A stretch of 63,951 bases of DNA, the filler included, from Acidimicrobiia bacterium (GTDB lineage: Bacteria; Actinomycetota; Acidimicrobiia; Spongiisociales; CAZKJJ01): the NCBI GenBank assembly GCA_046759765.1. It is 6 parts of 6 records of this genome, joined end to end, with 100 filler letters (N's around TTAATTAATTAA, not from the genome) between each part and the next. Parts side by side here need not be neighbours in the genome. Positions count along the whole stretch, not along the records: positions 59,442 to 63,951 come from JBHICV010000181.1; 5 more parts are not named here. One strand, given 5' to 3'. This document shows positions 59,442 through 63,951 of the stretch, one piece after another. Within the stretch, counting starts at the first letter, position 1. Each line of letters opens with the position of its first letter. Both the position numbers and the translations under genes were made by a program. Under the pieces are notes generated by a model that saw only the letters and a list, made by a program, of their open reading frames with translations, had not been told where the DNA came from and did no database searches.

Positions 59442-60104
59442 TTGCTCCTGCTCGATGACAAGTCCGGACTCGAACCCATCGTGATGGGATCGAGCAGCGA
59501 CATTGAGGTAGGTGATCCCGTCGTCGCCATTGGCAACGCCCTCGGCCTCGGCCTCTCAGTCTCGGTCGGCATCGTGTCCGCCAAGGGACGGAACGTGGCA
59601 ACTGAGACGTCGTCGTTAGAGGGAGTGTTACAGACCGATGCCGCCATCAACCCCGGGAACTCGGGTGGGCCATTGCTGAACGCCCGCGGCGAGCTGGTGG
59701 GCATCAATACCGCCGTTGCAACGGAAGCCGAGAACATCGGCTTCGCCATCCCCATCGACCAAGCGCTCCCCTTCATCGGTTACGTGGTCGCCGAGGCCGG
59801 CCAACCCTTCATCGGCGTCGGCCTGCGCACCATCACTCCGCAGCTGGCAGGACAATTCGCCCTACCCGTCGAACAAGGGGCGGTGATCACTGAGGTCTTC
59901 GGAGGCAGCCCAGCGACGGAGGCCGGATTGATGGTGGGCGACATCGTCATCGCCGCCGATGGAGTACCCGTCTCCAGTCGGGACGACCTGTTACGGCAAG
60001 TCGACGAGGCAGGCGTCGGGAACAAACTGGCGCTGACCCTCATGCGTATCGTCGGGGACAGCTTCCAGACGACCGAAATCACCGTCGAAGTAGCTGCAAG
60101 ATAG
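59442..60104 (+). CDS. HtrA/DegP-type serine protease with PDZ, 5'-truncated
   Basis: VAIGNALG, QTDAAINPGNSGGPL, GFAIP, PDZ GSPATEAGL. Confidence 0.93.
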   Translation: MLLLDDKSGLEPIVMGSSSDIEVGDPVVAIGNALGLGLSVSVGIVSAKGRNVATETSSLEGVLQTDAAINPGNSGGPLLNARGELVGINTAVATEAENIGFAIPIDQALPFIGYVVAEAGQPFIGVGLRTITPQLAGQFALPVEQGAVITEVFGGSPATEAGLMVGDIVIAADGVPVSSRDDLLRQVDEAGVGNKLALTLMRIVGDSFQTTEITVEVAAR

Positions 60105-60540
60105 AAGAAAACGAGACACCAGATTCCCGCGGAGGCGGCAGTCCCGACTTCGACCGGACGGCGCCTGTCCGGATTATCGGTTAGGAATTCATATCGATCA
60201 CCCCGCAGCACTTACGCGCGCGACCCTCAGCACAGCAGAGTAAATTCCCGCACCATCGCACTGCAGCGTCCATCCATCATCGTCCGTGGCCGGGTACGGG
60301 CGTCGAAGGTCATCGGCGGCCAGCCGGGTCCGCAGCTGGCGAAGACCCGTGGAGGAGCCGCGCGACAAGCGGGCATGGGCAGCCGGTAACATCCGCTTGT
60401 GTCAGGCAAGCGCTGGGTGAAGCGCCGGTATCTGGCTGCGTGTTGGGTTTTCGACCTGCTGCCCAGAGGCCCGGTTTGTTCTCGCTTGGCCCTCGCAGAC
60501 GGGCCCGCTGCCCGCGACCGACACGGGCGACGGAGTCGTA

Positions 60541-62640
60541 GTGACTGACCCCGCTCAGAGCTGGTCGGAGGTCGGGAGGGTTCCGGCCGTACTGCGAGGC
60601 GGGATCGCCACCATTGCGGACCGGGCCTTCTGCTACTCCGGCCGCAGCGGCAACCTGGCCGGTACGGGTCCTCAGGGATTCTTCTACGACGACACGAGAT
60701 TCCTCTCCAAATTTCACCTGCTCGTCAACCAAACTGAGCCGGAAGTCGTAGATACTGCACTCATTCGAGCCGACGAAGCCCTGTTTCAATTGCGCAGCCG
60801 CGTCGCCGGAGAAGTGCAGCACCCTGAGCCGACGTTGCTCGTGAGTCGTCACCGCTACCAGAGCAACACTCTGCATGAAGACGTCCTCGTTGAGAACCGC
60901 AGTGGTGCACCGACCTCAGTCACTGTGGAGTTGATCCTGGGTGCGGACTTTGCTGCCCTTCTCGATGTTCGACTGGCTGGATCGGGAGAGGGGCGCCTTG
61001 TAAAGGCGAGCAAGGTCAACGAAGCGATGCGGTTCAGCTACCACTCGGGGTCCGTCGAGCTGGCTACCTGGGTCTCCACCTCTTACCCGGGCGACATCGA
61101 CGGTGACACCATCCGCTTCTCGCTTTCACTCGACGAAGGTGAGCTCTGGAAGACGTGCGTGGATGTTGTCCCCCAAGCAGCGGGCGAGGTGATGCCGGTT
61201 GGCAGAACCTGCACCACACGGGGCCCTGAGCGCCATCCCTTTACGATCCCCACATGGCTAGCGGACGCGCCTCGCCTGCGATCATCGGCCGATACGCTCG
61301 AGCACCTGTGGGCCCAGAGCATGGACGACCTCGCCGCCCTCGAATTCTCCCTCGAGGGTCGTCGGGCCTTTGCGGCGGGGATTCCGTGGTTCGTCGCCCT
61401 GTTTGGCCGCGACAGCATCATCTCCGCAATCCAAACAATGCTGCTGGGCTTAGGCGCCTCGCTGGAAACAGCCGAGTTGCTGGCACATCTCCAGGGTCGG
61501 GAGGTGAATCCGGCGATCTCGGAAGAGCCCGGCAAGATCCTGCACGAAGCCCGATTCGGCGAGCACAGCTCGATTATGGCGCGCAAAACTCGATTCTACG
61601 GCGCAGTGGACGCCACTCCGCTTTTCTGCATGCTGCTCGGCGAGCTATGGGATTGGGGGTGCAGCCCGGATCGGTTGAAGAATCTGCTACCCGCGATGCG
61701 AGCCGCGGTGGGATGGATCGAACACCGTCTCGAAGTCGGAGACGGTTTGCTGACCTATGAGAGCGATGCCACACAGGTGAACCAATCCTGGAAGGACTCA
61801 CCCGATTCCGTGGTCGACAGCTCCGGGCACCTACTCGACCCGCCCATCGCCATGATCGAAGTTCAGGGGTATGCGGTGGCGGCTCTGGGCGCCGCTGCGA
61901 GGCTAGAAGCCGGGCTGGGCAGGTTCTCGCGCGAGGCTCCTCATCGTGCCCTAGCCGATGAGCTCCAACAGCGCATCGAGGAACGGTTCTGGCTGGATGA
62001 CCTGGAGACGTTCGCCATGGCTCTCGGGGGCGATGGTCATATGGCCGACACCCTGTCCTCCAACCCCGGTCACCTGCTGTGGGCGGAGGCCGTGCGACCC
62101 GAGCGTGCCGTCGCCGTCGCGCAGACGTTGGTTGGGGAGGAGCTGTGGTCGGGGTGGGGCGTCCGAACTCTGTCGGCAAAGAACCCTGCCTTCAATCCGA
62201 TCTCCTACCACCGAGGCAGCGTCTGGCCGCACGACAACATGCTCTGCATCGCCGGACTTTTCAACTACGGCCACACAGACCAGGCGCTCACCGTGGTCGG
62301 CGGGCTCCTGGCCGCGGCCTCTCACTTCTCATATCAACTGCCGGAGTTGTTCTCGGGATTCGATCGCGAGGAGGTCCATTACCCCGTCGCCTATCCGACC
62401 AGCTCGGCACCCCAGGCATGGGCCGCCGGGGTTCCCGTCCACCTCGTGCAGTTGCTGCTGGGCATTCGCCCACAGATCTCGGACCGCGGCGTGCTCGTCG
62501 TATCGCCGCGGCTTCCGGATGGCATCGATCTCCGTCTCGAAGGGGTGCGGGTAGGGGAAGGTATGCTGTCGGTGAGGGCCGAGGGAGGCACAGCCCAGCT
62601 GCTCGAGGTGCCGAAAGGTCTCGATATCGTGGTGCGCTGA
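60541..62640 (+). CDS. Amylo-alpha-1,6-glucosidase / glycogen debranching family protein
   Basis: GFFYDDTRFLS, AAGIPWFVALFGRDS, EEPGKILHE, DATPLF, WKDS, SYHRGSVWPHDN, LPELFSG, PQAWAAG. Confidence 0.9.
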   Translation: MTDPAQSWSEVGRVPAVLRGGIATIADRAFCYSGRSGNLAGTGPQGFFYDDTRFLSKFHLLVNQTEPEVVDTALIRADEALFQLRSRVAGEVQHPEPTLLVSRHRYQSNTLHEDVLVENRSGAPTSVTVELILGADFAALLDVRLAGSGEGRLVKASKVNEAMRFSYHSGSVELATWVSTSYPGDIDGDTIRFSLSLDEGELWKTCVDVVPQAAGEVMPVGRTCTTRGPERHPFTIPTWLADAPRLRSSADTLEHLWAQSMDDLAALEFSLEGRRAFAAGIPWFVALFGRDSIISAIQTMLLGLGASLETAELLAHLQGREVNPAISEEPGKILHEARFGEHSSIMARKTRFYGAVDATPLFCMLLGELWDWGCSPDRLKNLLPAMRAAVGWIEHRLEVGDGLLTYESDATQVNQSWKDSPDSVVDSSGHLLDPPIAMIEVQGYAVAALGAAARLEAGLGRFSREAPHRALADELQQRIEERFWLDDLETFAMALGGDGHMADTLSSNPGHLLWAEAVRPERAVAVAQTLVGEELWSGWGVRTLSAKNPAFNPISYHRGSVWPHDNMLCIAGLFNYGHTDQALTVVGGLLAAASHFSYQLPELFSGFDREEVHYPVAYPTSSAPQAWAAGVPVHLVQLLLGIRPQISDRGVLVVSPRLPDGIDLRLEGVRVGEGMLSVRAEGGTAQLLEVPKGLDIVVR

Positions 62641-62770
62641 TGTCGTCAGGGCCCTGGCAGCTCTGGAAGTGCTGCTCGCCTAGGGGCTTGTCGACTGTCG
62701 GCTCTCCGACGACGGGGACTAAGGGCCTCTAGCCTCGGTCGGGGAGGCACGTCATGCTCGCACCAGAACG

Positions 62771-63832
62771 ATGAGAATCCTCCAACTCGCCCCGCCCTGG
62801 TTTCGGGTTCCGCCCGACTCCTACGGCGGCATTGAGCTGATGGTATCGGTGCTTGCTGACGGTTTGGTGCAAGCGGGGCACGACGTGACCCTGGTGGCTT
62901 CGGGTGACTCCCGGACGGAGGCCCGCTTGGTGTCCGTCTTCGAGGAGCCGCCGACCGAGGAACTGGGCAACAGCTTCATCGAGGCAGCACAGGTGCTGGC
63001 CGGCTACCTAGAACGAGGACGCTACGACGTCATCCACAACCATTGCGACGTGGTTGGAACGGCGCTTGGCGCAGTCATCGAGGCCCCACCAGTCGTCCAT
63101 TCCCTCCACTACGGCCTCACCGAGGACAGGGTACGGCTTTACCGGGCCGTGGCGCCCTACTCGTACCTTGTGGCTATCAGCCACCACCAAGTCGAGCGTA
63201 TGCCGGCCGACATTCCGCTCGCCGGGGTCGTGTACAACGGCATTCCGATCGAGCGGTACCGGTTTGTTAAGGAGAAGGAAGATTTCCTGCTATTTGTGGG
63301 ACGCGCCAACCGAGAGAAAGGGCCCGAAGTGGCGGTCGAGGTGGCGCGCCGGCTAAGAAAGCCGCTCGTGATGGCGATCAAGATCAACGAACCCTATGAG
63401 AAGGTCCACTGGGAGAAGGTGGTGGCACCCCGCTTGGACGACGTCGATGTGACGATCCTCCGTCACGCCGGCCCGGAGGAGATAGTCGACATCATGGGCC
63501 GCGCGAAAGCGGTGCTCCTTCCACTTCAATGGCCGGAACCCTTCGGTCTGGTGATGGCCGAGGCCAATGCGTGCGGTACCCCAGTGGTGGCGTTCGCTCG
63601 CGGCGCAGCTCGTGAGGTGATCTCGGACGGGCAATCTGGCTTCCTCGTTGAGCCTGGAGACATCGATTCGTTCTGCGCCGCGGTGGAGCGAGCCGACTCT
63701 CTGGACCCCGAGACGTGCCGTGACAACGTGCTGAGGAATTTCACCGACCAGCGGATGATCGCGGGCTACCTGCAGATCTACGCCGATGCGGCAGCGGATC
63801 GCAGCCGCCGGACTCTCAATGCAATGAGGTGA
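62771..63832 (+). CDS. Glycosyltransferase family 4
   Basis: APPWFRVPPDSYGGIE, VYNGI, EKGPE, WPEPFGLVMAEANACGTPVV. Confidence 0.93.
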   Translation: MRILQLAPPWFRVPPDSYGGIELMVSVLADGLVQAGHDVTLVASGDSRTEARLVSVFEEPPTEELGNSFIEAAQVLAGYLERGRYDVIHNHCDVVGTALGAVIEAPPVVHSLHYGLTEDRVRLYRAVAPYSYLVAISHHQVERMPADIPLAGVVYNGIPIERYRFVKEKEDFLLFVGRANREKGPEVAVEVARRLRKPLVMAIKINEPYEKVHWEKVVAPRLDDVDVTILRHAGPEEIVDIMGRAKAVLLPLQWPEPFGLVMAEANACGTPVVAFARGAAREVISDGQSGFLVEPGDIDSFCAAVERADSLDPETCRDNVLRNFTDQRMIAGYLQIYADAAADRSRRTLNAMR

Positions 63833-63919
63833 CACTTCGGCGTCCGGCGTCACGTCCCGGATCAGGTCGCGATGGGTGCACTCTCTGGCAAAAATTCGAC
63901 GTTCGGCTGTCGGACTCAT
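63833..63919 (-). pseudogene. N-terminal remnant of a small UBP-type zinc-finger protein
   Basis: GAGGGGAG RBS then MSPTAERRIFARECTHRDLIRDVTPDAE, resembling the CxHL..I..VTP start of bacterial zf-UBP proteins; the following CxxC is absent. Confidence 0.4.
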
Positions 63920-63951
63920 GCTCCCCTCACCAACCCAAGTCTGTGACCCGA

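Noticed and set aside
1..63951. tRNA, rRNA, CRISPR arrays, IS elements, known riboswitches
   Set aside because: None recognised by eye; tRNAscan-SE, Infernal and CRISPR finders would be needed to exclude them formally.

Overview
High-GC actinobacterial sequence, most likely an Acidimicrobiia-type MAG (inferred from gene order, guaB3, WhiG-type sigma, F420-type LLM enzyme and glyQS). It is not one locus: six unrelated contigs are joined by artificial 100-bp linkers (44 N + TTAATTAATTAA + 44 N), with the complete ones in decreasing length (11,878 / 11,806 / 11,681 / 11,590 bp). Contig 1: guaB3-guaA, a receptor-less CheA-REC / REC-GAF / histidine-kinase module, pcrA, MgtC family, split tal/pgi. 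Contig 2: a catabolic-looking island (LivJ-type SBP, Gfo/Idh/MocA, LLM oxidoreductase, two alpha/beta hydrolases) with a Dpp/Opp ABC transporter whose DppD ATPase carries four CxxCxxxG repeats. Contig 3: HD hydrolase-ybeY-hemolysin-era-(three inserted genes)-recO-uppS-glyQS and a sugar ABC transporter. Contig 4: mixed enzymes plus a 1215-aa class III cyclase-STAND ATPase-SBP family 5 fusion with no visible membrane anchor (best candidate for an undescribed system). Contig 5: yifB-dprA-xerC-whiG-rpsB-tsf-pyrH-frr-cdsA-dxr-rseP-ispG. Contig 6: HtrA, amylo-alpha-1,6-glucosidase, GT4. No rRNA, tRNA, CRISPR array or transposase was recognised. All calls are by motif recognition; no database search was run.
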